From a virus, in IMG/VR virus record IMGVR_UViG_3300047548_001390, positions 14,107 through 78,106 of that record: a DNA stretch of 64,000 nt. One strand, given 5' to 3'. This document shows positions 27,401 to 37,300 of this stretch, piece after piece (the first letter of the stretch is position 1; every line of letters starts with the position of its first letter). The translations under genes were made by a program, and so were the position numbers. The notes beneath the pieces are model-generated. The model worked only from the letters and a program-made list of their open reading frames with translations, was not told the DNA's origin and made no database searches.

Positions 27401-28025
27401 AAATAATTGCTTCGGTAATTTTAAAAACAACGGAACCAGACGGTTGATTGCTAAACTTATCAAACACAATTGTTTGTTTTGGCGTGTATACAAAGTAACC
27501 ATTAATATAATACACCCCAGCGTTAACTGAAGCTAAAGCGCCAAAACCAGAATAACTACCTGTGGCCACAGTAGCAACAATACCTGGAGCATCCTCAATG
27601 TAGATTTGCTCACCAGCCTGAAAAGTTACACCACCTGTTGCTCCCGCACCCGACAAGTACCCCAAATAAAATACGATAGGATCGGTAGGAGTCGCTGCAA
27701 CAGTTTTTTTAACAACTGCTCTAATCCCTGTTGTTAAACCAACCACAACTTTTGATTCAAAAGCGGAAGGCAGCAACGATGTATTATTAAGCGATGCAAT
27801 TTTTACGTATGGTGCATTCAACTCTGCAAAGCTATTGCCTGGAATGACTACTGAACCATGTTTGAATACATGGTTACCAAATCTCTCTATTTGTTTTTGG
27901 AGAATGGTTTGTAGTTGAGTAAGTTCGCGTGCTTGAACAGCAAATCCCGGTTTAAATAAAATCTGATGAAACCCTTTGTTCTCATCAAAATCATCAAAGT
28001 AGGGAGCGGTGTTGTAAATTTTCAT
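24474..28025 (-). CDS. Large virion structural protein (DUF4815-family N-terminal part)
   Basis: PYFDDFD...LFKPGFAVQARELTQLQTILQ, APGADRL, LARRTFDESGNY and GKAYISGFE motifs. Confidence 0.85.
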   Translation of the reverse strand: MKIYNTAPYFDDFDENKGFHQILFKPGFAVQARELTQLQTILQKQIERFGNHVFKHGSVVIPGNSFAELNAPYVKIASLNNTSLLPSAFESKVVVGLTTGIRAVVKKTVAATPTDPIVFYLGYLSGAGATGGVTFQAGEQIYIEDAPGIVATVATGSYSGFGALASVNAGVYYINGYFVYTPKQTIVFDKFSNQPSGSVVFKITEAIISSTDDETLLDPAQGSYNYAAPGADRLEVSLDLEVLPLTSPINQDYVELMRYDSGELLEHSRYPKYSELEKSLARRTFDESGNYVVDGFQPKVREHLRLEQNGGVYSDPVGDKDKLVVEVAAGKAYISGFEVEKLSRTRIEINKARTAEHINSRQVRIRPQYGQYIYVSDIQGAFSAQDRTLITFKNDTTVIGTAKIIAVDYVSTLSAVAGIYKLWVVDVTLSSGRTLEEAMTITYNVNDTAKVIVQYTAPVTSGAFESAEIVSNASGRTATVKYYNPVDGQLYVYKHDSTKLVPRVGELIVGGTSDTQSTTTSRVVLVSIGQTSMLFSLPVNVAATLKNQALQYDLEYTVQKELDIVANASGIGSATISSGTIDPIEDGTFLAIGETGAIPNNLFGLNVDGNTLSFSGGITYANAVIKVFANVTKTNVFPKTKTLTTFSETFNTPGNVITLSKTDIVEVVSVIDTVGDITVNYTLNNGQSDYVYNRGSLSLKGGRSAPVGAVTVTYRYYEHSISGDFFCVDSYASTPDYMDKLIQYSSQTTGQNYNLLNAIDFRPSVGSDGLMTGPNARTNDIVGNDTIFRTNVQYYMGRIDSLVVDASSNLSIISGRPSDSPKSPQIPEGKFEIGQFDIPPYTQLASGVRYGALDVNRHTMSDISKIVRRVERVEDFTTLTLDESSLTSFEVIDAETGLSRYKTGYLVENFANPLLLARKTSSDFSASFIGGAVTARKEKLNVSALLSAGSQHYTIANNFITLPYTEEKIFGQSFSSRLTNVNPFLIIKWDGLLEVIPPVDNWVERRDLATIYETNFNDVRVTRYVSSPPPVTAPARAAQSTPTQINKGWRLIPNEVELFKYLTTGENAAWPLFNIVVTNFVPLDRVEFTLTQRKLNGDTQVRNLTHYSAREYYGLEADGSDNNFFTDFLRNIDYFSVTGKLGEPATGDTSLWQASKYTSSGVSPTNDSTLDNADASLVVYSQQ

Positions 28026-28026
28026 A

Positions 28027-29847
28027 TTAGAATCTTATGTAAGTTCTGATTGCAAAAGCCTGATCCTCTGTTGAGGTAAGAGGAGGATTGTTTGTGACGT
28101 ACAGTAAATTGCCACTATATTTATTTACAGTTGGAGACGAAGCAATTCTGACAACTGCATACTGAGAATTCGGATCGTTCTCTTGTACAAATGATGTACC
28201 TGGCTGCTTGTATATAGCACTAAACTGTTGAAGTCTTACCAAGTTTTCATCGACATCGACCACTCTATATTTTGTGTTGTTGCTAATCAACACATCATCT
28301 GGCTCAATACCCGTTGCATCTAAAAACACAATATCAAATGTAATGATAGCTGAGTTGTCGGTGACTCGTTGGTTAGTGATCAAATACAGTGGATTTTCAA
28401 TCAAACCAAATTGACGGTAATCTTGTAGTAAAAGATTCATTTCAATCTCGTCTTTGATCAAAGTATATACCAACACCGTTGATCCATACAATTCTTTCAC
28501 TGCATCAAACCCATGACCCATGATTGATGGAAGAATTGCGTAGGCTTGAGCATCAACAAATCCTACTCCAGGAACGCGGTTAGGGTCTGTGATTGTTATT
28601 GTAGCTCTACTATATCCGGATCCGTATGACGTCATCACAATTTTTTCAATCAAACCGCCTTCTGCAATCACAGGATACCCAGCAGCTCCACTTCCGTCAC
28701 CAGTAATTGTGACAGTTGTAGCCGATGAGTAATTGTTTCCAGCATTTGCGACTTTGACTGCGTAAATGGCGCCAGGAACAGCTGTTTGTTCAACGAGTGA
28801 TTGATCAGAAAGAAAATCGGAAAGCGCAAGAGTTGCTTGGAGAGAGGCTCCTTCCCCAGTTCCAATTACTGTAAGTTTAACAAAAGAATAGTTTAATCCA
28901 GGGTTTTCAATTACCACACCAATAACTTCACCACCATAAACTACAGGACTAATTTCAGCTCCAGTTCCATTTCCTTGTACAAGAATTGTTGTACTGGTGT
29001 CGGTTGGATAGTTTTGACCAGGATCTTCGATTGCTACATTAACAATTTCACCATCTTGTACAATTGCTTTAAGGATTGCAGTTGGATTATTGTTGAATTT
29101 TCCGGTTCCTGTCTCGGTCGCTTGTAATACTGTGAGTGTAGGATCTGTATATCCCGACCCACCATTAATGATTTCTACTTTTACAATTTCACCGGTCGTA
29201 CGAGAAACAAACGGAACAATAACAGCACCAGATCCAGTCTCGTCCTCAACACCAATCGTTGTCTGAAGAACGTCTACGTAACCAGACCCACCATTGAAAA
29301 TCTCTACCTGTTCAATAGCACCCTTACTATAAAAAGCATCAGTTAGTGCTTTCTGAACGGGAACCCAAGCGTCTGATACAAACTTTAATTGTTTGACAGC
29401 AGGAATGCTGTACATGTACTTCCAAATATACCCATCAGCAGTTTGAAAAGGCGATAACAAAGATCCAGTAGGTTTAACTGTTGATGATGCACCATTATTG
29501 TTATTCAAGCATTTATATACATTGAATTCGTCAGTAACACAATAAAACATAGTGCCTTGCATCAGCTGTGTGTGATCCCACTGCTCAAACACTAGCCCCG
29601 ATTCCCACGAATATCTTGTAATGACTAAAGAAGCATCGACAGGAGCTACTTTCCTCATGAACACAATATTATTACGTGTTTCAATGTCGCTCTCTACAGT
29701 AGCGGAAGGTTCCAAGGGCGGAATAGTCTCATCAGCCCAAGGTTCTACCTTTCCAAGATAGTAGAAGAAATTTGCACGACGATACTGAATATCGTTCAGA
29801 ATCTGCGTTGCTAAACTAGTGTGAAGTTCAGGTCGAATAACTGGCAT
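28027..29847 (-). CDS. 8: Baseplate wedge protein gp8-like, with inserted GGSGY repeats
   Basis: FYCVTDEFNVYKCLNNN...DGYIWKYMY, GHGFDAVKEL, DYRQFGLI and YSGNLLY motifs. Confidence 0.85.
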   Translation of the reverse strand: MPVIRPELHTSLATQILNDIQYRRANFFYYLGKVEPWADETIPPLEPSATVESDIETRNNIVFMRKVAPVDASLVITRYSWESGLVFEQWDHTQLMQGTMFYCVTDEFNVYKCLNNNNGASSTVKPTGSLLSPFQTADGYIWKYMYSIPAVKQLKFVSDAWVPVQKALTDAFYSKGAIEQVEIFNGGSGYVDVLQTTIGVEDETGSGAVIVPFVSRTTGEIVKVEIINGGSGYTDPTLTVLQATETGTGKFNNNPTAILKAIVQDGEIVNVAIEDPGQNYPTDTSTTILVQGNGTGAEISPVVYGGEVIGVVIENPGLNYSFVKLTVIGTGEGASLQATLALSDFLSDQSLVEQTAVPGAIYAVKVANAGNNYSSATTVTITGDGSGAAGYPVIAEGGLIEKIVMTSYGSGYSRATITITDPNRVPGVGFVDAQAYAILPSIMGHGFDAVKELYGSTVLVYTLIKDEIEMNLLLQDYRQFGLIENPLYLITNQRVTDNSAIITFDIVFLDATGIEPDDVLISNNTKYRVVDVDENLVRLQQFSAIYKQPGTSFVQENDPNSQYAVVRIASSPTVNKYSGNLLYVTNNPPLTSTEDQAFAIRTYIRF

Positions 29848-29848
29848 T

Positions 29849-30289
29849 TTAATTTATGGTCACATCCCAATTGATAATAAGCGTATCAGCTGCGTCTTTG
29901 TTAACAACTTCATACGTTGTACGACACAACATAGTACCAGCTGTACCAGCATTAAAAATACCAGCCTCAACAAGAGCTCCGGAACCTGTGCCTGGAGCAA
30001 ACGTTGCAGTATACCGGATGGTGTTTGTGGTTCTAACAGCTGAATCCAACTCTACACGAGCCAATTCAGCTACAAGTTCTGTGTTTGCTGTTGCTAAGTT
30101 AGAATTAGAAGTACCAACAGACATATGCGACATAACAGCTGAATCGGTACCAATCATACGATCAGCGATAAACTCTTTACCGACAGAAACGACAAGGTTT
30201 GGGACGTGAATTTTTTGCTTAATGCCCTGGTTTTTATCCAGAAGAACAATTGTTAGTTCTCCCGTTGCTTTGATTAAATCGTTGACCAT
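29849..30289 (-). CDS. Virion/baseplate-associated protein
   Basis: NLVVSVG...M.VGT...EAGIFN...MLCR...K...DTLIINW. Start reassigned to ATG 30289 with an AGGAG RBS. Confidence 0.7.
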   Translation of the reverse strand: MVNDLIKATGELTIVLLDKNQGIKQKIHVPNLVVSVGKEFIADRMIGTDSAVMSHMSVGTSNSNLATANTELVAELARVELDSAVRTTNTIRYTATFAPGTGSGALVEAGIFNAGTAGTMLCRTTYEVVNKDAADTLIINWDVTIN

Positions 30290-30346
30290 AATTACTCCTG
30301 TTTGTGCGTAAGACTTCTTAAATGTCTTCAAAACTAGCTGTTAGTA

Positions 30347-30354
30347 TATTTATA
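30347..30354 (-). promoter_or_regulatory. T4 late promoter TATAAATA
   Basis: Exact consensus in the intergenic gap. Confidence 0.7.
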
Positions 30355-30362
30355 TGTTAATT

Positions 30363-32102
30363 TCAAATCAATGTTCCCTGAAGACTGGCTTCCTCACCTG
30401 CAACACCATATTGTTCTTCGAAATATGGCTCGCCATATTGTTCAGGGAAATAGTTTGTAAGATTATATGATGTGGCTGCATCTAACTGAAAAGCAATTGC
30501 TTCATCAGAAAAAGATTTTATTGACTGTCTGGCATCTTCATCATCAATTAATGATTCTGATTCCAAGTATTTGGCAAAGGTGTTAGCAACCTCATCAACA
30601 GGATCTAAAAGATCCGATAATCCTTTAGCTACCGTAAAAAACTCTGAATCGGATGTATCGACATTATTATCTTCAAATGGTAATTCAATCGTCTTAGCCG
30701 CTAAATCTTCAACGGTCGCCACGTCAGATACGTTGATCCATTTAAATGGAATTTCAGTAGTAACTTCTACATCTACATCAAGAGTCTCTTTTAATAAGAG
30801 ATTAGAAAAAGATTTATTACCAGCTTGATGTAAATTACTCAACATCGTTTGATAGCGAGACCGCGGTATTTCTGATTCAATCACATAAGAATATTGTTGA
30901 TAGTAGTAATTATCCTGTAATCTAATAAAATTATCGGAAATAATGCCTCTACTATTTAACCACTTCCCTCTTGACGTAACAATTTCACCAAACACATATT
31001 TCAAAGTAGCCCTTGAAGCTCTCCATTGTGCAATAGTGAGTGGAGAACTTACATCTTGGATTTCTTGAGAAACAACGTTTCTTGTTCTTTGGCTAATAAC
31101 GCCAGTAGCAGTATATATTTGAGATGTATAATTTTCTAGAAAATAAGAATTGGACGAAGCATTTGCAACAGTTCCCAAAACTGTTTCAATTGTCCCTTCT
31201 GTCCCATCAAAAATAGTCAGTGTATGTGTACTTGTCTCAAGATCAAAATCATAATCATAACTAACACCAACTGGTTTAACAGCATAGGGAGAGACGATTA
31301 AACGCTCGCCATCTAAGTGCTCGTGTCCGTATTCTAAAATCTCTACTCGTTGAAGAGTTCCAATGTTGTCGATTTGAGCAACTCTAGCTAACGTGTTTTT
31401 AGTATCAGCTGGGAGAACAATGATCTGCCCTAATTGCCAATCTCTTCCGCCATTTTCAATTTCAATTGATTTAGGAGATAATATTATGTTTCCAAGAAAC
31501 GTTGTAATATTATTGTCAGTAATTCTTACCGTTTGATTAGCAAACGCTGTTACTTTTACCGTCGATTTGAAATAAAACCGTGTTATTTCAGAATCTAGTA
31601 TTTCAATGCGTGAGATATCTAGACGTTCTGTTCCGTTTTCATAGTCTAATAGTATAGTGTTAACAACACTTGGAACGCTTCCTTGACGCGTCTTGACAGT
31701 AATAAATCGTTCTTGTTCCCAAATACCATCAGAGGCTCTTAAAATACTATCACGTGGGTACCTTATCTTTACATCATTACCAGCATTATAAACTGTCTTT
31801 AATAAAAAGATTAACGCTTTTTCAGACCCTTTGGCTGTGTATATTTGTTTGATTGTTTTAATGTACTTCGTATCAAACGGCGCTACGTCATTATAGATCC
31901 CATAAACATCAAGTTGGTTTCTAAAGTATTGAACAAATCGTTCAGGGGTAGTATCAACGTCTAGAACATTCTCAATCTTCCCTAAAGATTGCTGCTCTTC
32001 AACCCATTTGTAATAAGTTTGAACAAAGGCAACAAATGCCGGATATTCATGTTCGATGACTTCCGGAAATTGTTCTTTGATAATTATGTACAACTTATCC
32101 AT
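30363..32102 (-). CDS. 7: Baseplate wedge initiator (gp7-like)
   Basis: QFPE...FVAFVQTYYKW, YTAKGSEKA and LQDNYYYQQYSYVI motifs; follows gp6. Confidence 0.7.
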   Translation of the reverse strand: MDKLYIIIKEQFPEVIEHEYPAFVAFVQTYYKWVEEQQSLGKIENVLDVDTTPERFVQYFRNQLDVYGIYNDVAPFDTKYIKTIKQIYTAKGSEKALIFLLKTVYNAGNDVKIRYPRDSILRASDGIWEQERFITVKTRQGSVPSVVNTILLDYENGTERLDISRIEILDSEITRFYFKSTVKVTAFANQTVRITDNNITTFLGNIILSPKSIEIENGGRDWQLGQIIVLPADTKNTLARVAQIDNIGTLQRVEILEYGHEHLDGERLIVSPYAVKPVGVSYDYDFDLETSTHTLTIFDGTEGTIETVLGTVANASSNSYFLENYTSQIYTATGVISQRTRNVVSQEIQDVSSPLTIAQWRASRATLKYVFGEIVTSRGKWLNSRGIISDNFIRLQDNYYYQQYSYVIESEIPRSRYQTMLSNLHQAGNKSFSNLLLKETLDVDVEVTTEIPFKWINVSDVATVEDLAAKTIELPFEDNNVDTSDSEFFTVAKGLSDLLDPVDEVANTFAKYLESESLIDDEDARQSIKSFSDEAIAFQLDAATSYNLTNYFPEQYGEPYFEEQYGVAGEEASLQGTLI

Positions 32103-33925
32103 TAATTCCTACTTGACGTAAAAGTATATGGTCGATCTGCAGAATCAACAACGTAATCTATCGTTGTCAATTCAGGGTCAATAGTTGCAAATTGATATTG
32201 GGTTGAAACAACATCATTGGACTGAGGTTTGATTACAAGAGTAAATGTGTCTCTTGTAAGACCAGTAATCATAAGAGCGGTGATTTCAATCAATCCAGTT
32301 GAGTAATCTACAGTTCCAACGTTTCTCACATAAATTTTTTGATTGTTTGCGTCAATATAAAATAAACGTAAAGCGCCAATATTACTATCACCAGAAGGAG
32401 CGTCTTCAATGTAACATACATTTGTTGTGTCGGAAACGTATATTCCGTGTGACAAAATAGATTGTTCTGGTACTCCAGAGTTATAAATCGGATTACCTAA
32501 GTTTATTTTGTATAGCGATGACACATTAAAAATAGGAGTAACATCTCGGTAAATTTTGACTGTCGTGATATTACTTGTGATAGATGGTTCCGTCTGATCA
32601 ATCAACGTAGACAATCGAGACAACTTGAACACACTTCCCAATGCATTTAATTCACGGAGATTAAAATCTTCTATCGTTTGTCTTACTAAACCCTGTATGT
32701 CATTTGGAAAACGTGTCGTTAATTGAGGATTATAGTAAAACGTCGTGTTGAGCTCTATTCTGATGTAAACAGGATCAACAATCTCTGGTGTAACACTTAA
32801 GGCTTTTCTTGGCGCAATAATATCGTTTAAAATAATATTTTTTTCATCAGGTGTTAAAACATCATCGTTTTGTGGAACAATAGAGATGAACACTTTGCCA
32901 TAAATTGGAGGAACAGCCTCTTCACCACCCCATACAGCAATTGAACGTATATTTGCAAAATAAGCTGAGATGATTGCTTTGTAGTCATTTGCTGTTACGC
33001 ATCTGTTTTGTGCGGCATAATATCTTGGAGCAACCCAACGAATAGAATCAATCTCTTCAGCACTTGCACCATTGGCAGCACGCTCTATAGTTGTGACAAA
33101 TGGTTGAAAGGCATCAGGTAGACCCCCACCGTAAGTAAAGGTTGAAGCTCCATTAGGCAACTCTCTATTACAAACAATATATGTTAAGGTAATAACGTTA
33201 CCTGGATTAACAGCTGCACCAATAACATTGTTTCCGAATTCAACCTCATACAGACCATTATCCAATTCTTTTATGAAAAATACTTTGTCCGTTGCTCCAA
33301 CATCAACAATGTTATTTACATTGACAAATGTAGATGATGTAGACGTTTGCGCATTTTCTGCCACAGACACCACTAATGTGCTTAAATCAACATCATTGTT
33401 AGGAATAATGAATCTAACACCTGGTCCAACTACATATCGGTACTCTAGAAAAGTCCCTTCTCTTAGCTCAATACCAGTCATAACATATTGATTATCTTGT
33501 TTTACAGCACTATGAGCTTGTGTAGTGTAAAACGTATAGCGGGTATTATCGACTAATGCTCTAAATGGAGTGTATTTTGGAATTTCAACAAGTGCTGGAG
33601 CATTGACCAAATCGTTAATAAAAGTTAAATCTACAACTGCAGTTGCTGCTCTAGCCGAACGAGGAGTGTATCCTAATTCCTTAGCTTTTGAAGCCACAGA
33701 CGATCGCTTTGATGCTGAATCAAGAAATGCTTCGTTAATAGCCAAGTTAGTATACAAAGCATTATAATGCGTGTTGTATGCTAAGATGTCCAACAATATA
33801 GACAGACCCGATCCTTCAAAATCGTAATCTTGAAACTCTTCTTGACCTCGCAAGAATTCCTTTAGACTTTCTTTTAGCTGATCAAAGTCGAGCTCTGTTG
33901 TTTGGATTTTTTTGTTTAAGATCAT
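32102..33925 (-). CDS. 6: Baseplate wedge subunit gp6
   Basis: ELDFDQLK...FQDYDFEGSGLSILLDILAYNTHYNA, QNRCVTANDY and WGGEE..PPIYGKVFISI. Confidence 0.95.
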   Translation of the reverse strand: MILNKKIQTTELDFDQLKESLKEFLRGQEEFQDYDFEGSGLSILLDILAYNTHYNALYTNLAINEAFLDSASKRSSVASKAKELGYTPRSARAATAVVDLTFINDLVNAPALVEIPKYTPFRALVDNTRYTFYTTQAHSAVKQDNQYVMTGIELREGTFLEYRYVVGPGVRFIIPNNDVDLSTLVVSVAENAQTSTSSTFVNVNNIVDVGATDKVFFIKELDNGLYEVEFGNNVIGAAVNPGNVITLTYIVCNRELPNGASTFTYGGGLPDAFQPFVTTIERAANGASAEEIDSIRWVAPRYYAAQNRCVTANDYKAIISAYFANIRSIAVWGGEEAVPPIYGKVFISIVPQNDDVLTPDEKNIILNDIIAPRKALSVTPEIVDPVYIRIELNTTFYYNPQLTTRFPNDIQGLVRQTIEDFNLRELNALGSVFKLSRLSTLIDQTEPSITSNITTVKIYRDVTPIFNVSSLYKINLGNPIYNSGVPEQSILSHGIYVSDTTNVCYIEDAPSGDSNIGALRLFYIDANNQKIYVRNVGTVDYSTGLIEITALMITGLTRDTFTLVIKPQSNDVVSTQYQFATIDPELTTIDYVVDSADRPYTFTSSRN

Positions 33926-34317
33926 TAGCGTGTTCTCTTCAACGTAAGATCAACTGTTATTGGTCGTTGGGTGTTTACAATTCTAAAAGTAATCTGACAA
34001 AACACAGTGTTGTTATCAGGATTTAAAGTCACTTCCACATCAATCAATCGAACACGAGGTTCAAAATTGTTGATTGTGTTGATAATAGCTCTTTGCAACA
34101 TTGCTTGTAGCAAAGGTGTAAACGGCTCAAAAAGTAAATTATAGATTTGAGACCCAATTTCTGGGTGAAAAGGCTTCTCATAGTGATTAATCATCACTAA
34201 ATTTTTGACTGATTGCTTAATTGCATTTTCGTCATATTTTTTAGAGATATCACCTGTGACGGGGTTTGCAATAAAATTTAAGTCAATATCGGAAAAGGTT
34301 CGTGTATTTCTGGCCAT
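33925..34317 (-). CDS. 25: Baseplate wedge subunit gp25
   Basis: FSDIDLNF...AIKQSVKNL...EKPFHPEIGS...FEPRV. Confidence 0.95.
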   Translation of the reverse strand: MARNTRTFSDIDLNFIANPVTGDISKKYDENAIKQSVKNLVMINHYEKPFHPEIGSQIYNLLFEPFTPLLQAMLQRAIINTINNFEPRVRLIDVEVTLNPDNNTVFCQITFRIVNTQRPITVDLTLKRTR

Positions 34318-34325
34318 ATCTTTAT

Positions 34326-37300
34326 TTATCCGAGAAGAATGAAACCTTGTCCGTATGTCTTATGATTGTTCATGGTAAACGCCATTCTTCTGTTTGATCC
34401 CCCGCCGTATGTATTATCACGGAATGAAGTATGGATCCAAGTAGAGTTAGCTCCTTCAAATTCTAAAATTAATTGGTCGTAGGAGACGAGTTTATCTAGC
34501 TCTTTGATTAACTGGAAATGAAGCTCCTTACGTTCTCTACCGCCAATCAATGCAATATCAACTGCACGACCTTTGGTGTGATCAGAGACTTCACTTGTAC
34601 CTTTACGATAACCAGATGTTATCTTCCATTTTCTTCCGTATCCTTGAATTCCTTCTGGTAGTACTTCCAGATACCGTTCAAGAATGTTTTCACACAGTGT
34701 TGACAAGTTGGCTACAATTTGCTGACGTGTCAAACCACTCTGATCAACAAGTTTGTGTCGAGCATTGAAACCACCATCAAACATCATACCCAATGTGAAG
34801 TGCTCAGAAAGTTTGAAATCGGCTGTAAACGTATCCGTTGCCATAATCTCTTCCAACTTCGAAGACTGCTTGAATCCAGGAGCTGCACCACCACCAGCCG
34901 CTTTTTCCGATTCAAACAAATTAGCCTTTCCTTCTTGTGCAACGTTTTCCACAATATATGCTTGGCTAATCGGAGTTGCCCCTTCTTCTGGCAACTCATA
35001 CATGTACTTCTCTTCACCCAGTGTTGGAGGAGACTTAATTGGTTCAACAATGGGATTGATTGGGATTCCAAGTGGTGGAGGAATCATACCGTGTACAAGT
35101 GCTTTTAGAGCAGGTTTGGTATTATCTGCAAGGGATGCTTGTGTGGGGCCTCTTACAGTGCCACTCATACGAATTACTACGTCAGCAAGAAGATGCATGA
35201 CCCTATCGGTTGATATTAGTAGATCTTGACTAGCTCTAACGTGGTATTTCTTACCAATCGTAACAAATGCATCGTCAGCTGCTTTTATGTGATGATCTTT
35301 TGACGATTGTTGACACATATCTTCAACAGACAACAAGTGCATTTCCCTTTCAGATTTGACGAACATATGGTTTTTAGAATAAGTATGCAACTCGTTGTTC
35401 GATGTAATGTACATATCGTCTTCAGTTGTCATGATATGAGCTTTCTTGCGCGCTTGAAGATTCATCGTGCCGTTTGCCCAAAGAGAGAAATTACCTTCCA
35501 CAGCAATGTTCATGTCTCTTGCTACACCAATATCAAAATTACCACCTACTTTCATCTCAGCTGACCCTGCAACTTCAATGTTTGCATCAGATCTACAATA
35601 GATGTTTACATTACCTGAGACTGTTACGTTTGCTTCACCTGCAATAGAAATAAATCCATTACGATCATAAATCGTGTACCCATCCCCTACAATTTTTGTG
35701 ACTTTGGTGCCACTAGCATCAATTTCATCAAATGTACCTGAACGGTGATACGTATGGATCCGCTCGTACCCGGGAGTGTCGTCAAATTCCTGTACATGGC
35801 CAGACTCCGTCTCCATTACTTTGTTATATGGATACTTGGCGCCGTAAGGGATTTTGGGCTGATCAAAATAACCAGCATCGAGAGACAAAGGGATTCCCAA
35901 TGTTCTCTGCGATTCTTTCAATGGAACAATTGTTTCTCTTACCACACCACGAGCTAGACGATTTGTTTCTTGCTCACTAGTGTATCGTTTGAGTGGATAT
36001 TTGTTGTGAGGATCGACAAACCCTTCATTCCTTGGCTTACCAGCTTCATTCCCAAGCAATGATCCGTAAAAAGAATATGGATTTTGAGTATTACCAGCTA
36101 ACTTGTCGCCGTACCCATACCCTTCAGGTGTTCTCATCTGATAAAAGTGCTCATAATACACCAACTTACGAGCAGCAATATCAGCTGAGTTATTACCAAC
36201 ACACTTCTTTGCTGCATAGAAGTATTGTGGGTGAGCAGTTGGAACAGCCTCTTTGGAACGATCGAGCAAATATAATACAGCGACCTCAGCTGAAATGTTA
36301 ATGTCTGTCACTAACAATTCTGGTTGAGCCACAATTGCATATCCAGAAAGTCTTGCATATCTTTCGTAGTTGGCTCTGCCTGTTAGCTGAATAAACCCTC
36401 TTCCAAAAAACTTTCCACCATCTCCTGGTTGAGAATTACCTAACTGTCTTCCATTGTTTGCAGGATCATATACAAAGTTGAAGAATTCTTCTTTGGTTCC
36501 CTTTTTACCCACAATCCAGTTTGAATACAATTCGGCTAGAGCAATCTTACCTTTAAACGTTGATGGAAATATTTCCATCAATCTTTCAGGACGCGTATAT
36601 TGAGCAGATTCCTCTGAAGGAATCCAATTGCACTCACCACCAACAATTGCCAACAAAGCACACTTCTGTTCGTTGGTTTTCATTCCGTATTTGTCAGCAG
36701 CTTTGAGAAGAGCTTTAATACCCTCTTCAGCCTTCGCTCTGTTGCCTTTCCAATCTGCAGGTGGCGTCAACGGAATTTCAGCCTTAGATCCTCCTGCATA
36801 ACGATTCTCATCAATCACTGGAGGCTCAATAACCGGCGAAGCCCCACCGTAATTCGGACCACCATATACGCCGTAAACGGGAGGTGTCCCGCCCTCTCTT
36901 GCTGGAGGAATGAAATCGGGACTTTCCAACGTTACAATTGGTTTTGCTCGTGTGACAGCAATGTTCCCTGCGTTAATATCAGCTGACTTCTTAGAGCTGT
37001 AAGGCCCAATCATAATATTACTGACCGATACTGGATTCTCCAAAATAGGTTTAATTCCACCACCGATAGCTGATTGCAGTCCACCAGTAACATTACCTAA
37101 ACCAAAAAAGCTAACTGCTGTTTGTAATTGACCCAACCCAGCACTTGTAATACCACCAAACTCACCAAATATGGATGTTACAAATGATCTAACATTACCG
37201 AGCAATGCACCTACTGTACCTGCCAAAGTGACTTGCGATAGTTCCCCAACAACGGTATTCAAAAGACCCGATGCTGTTGTGGAAAGACTAGCAACCTGTC

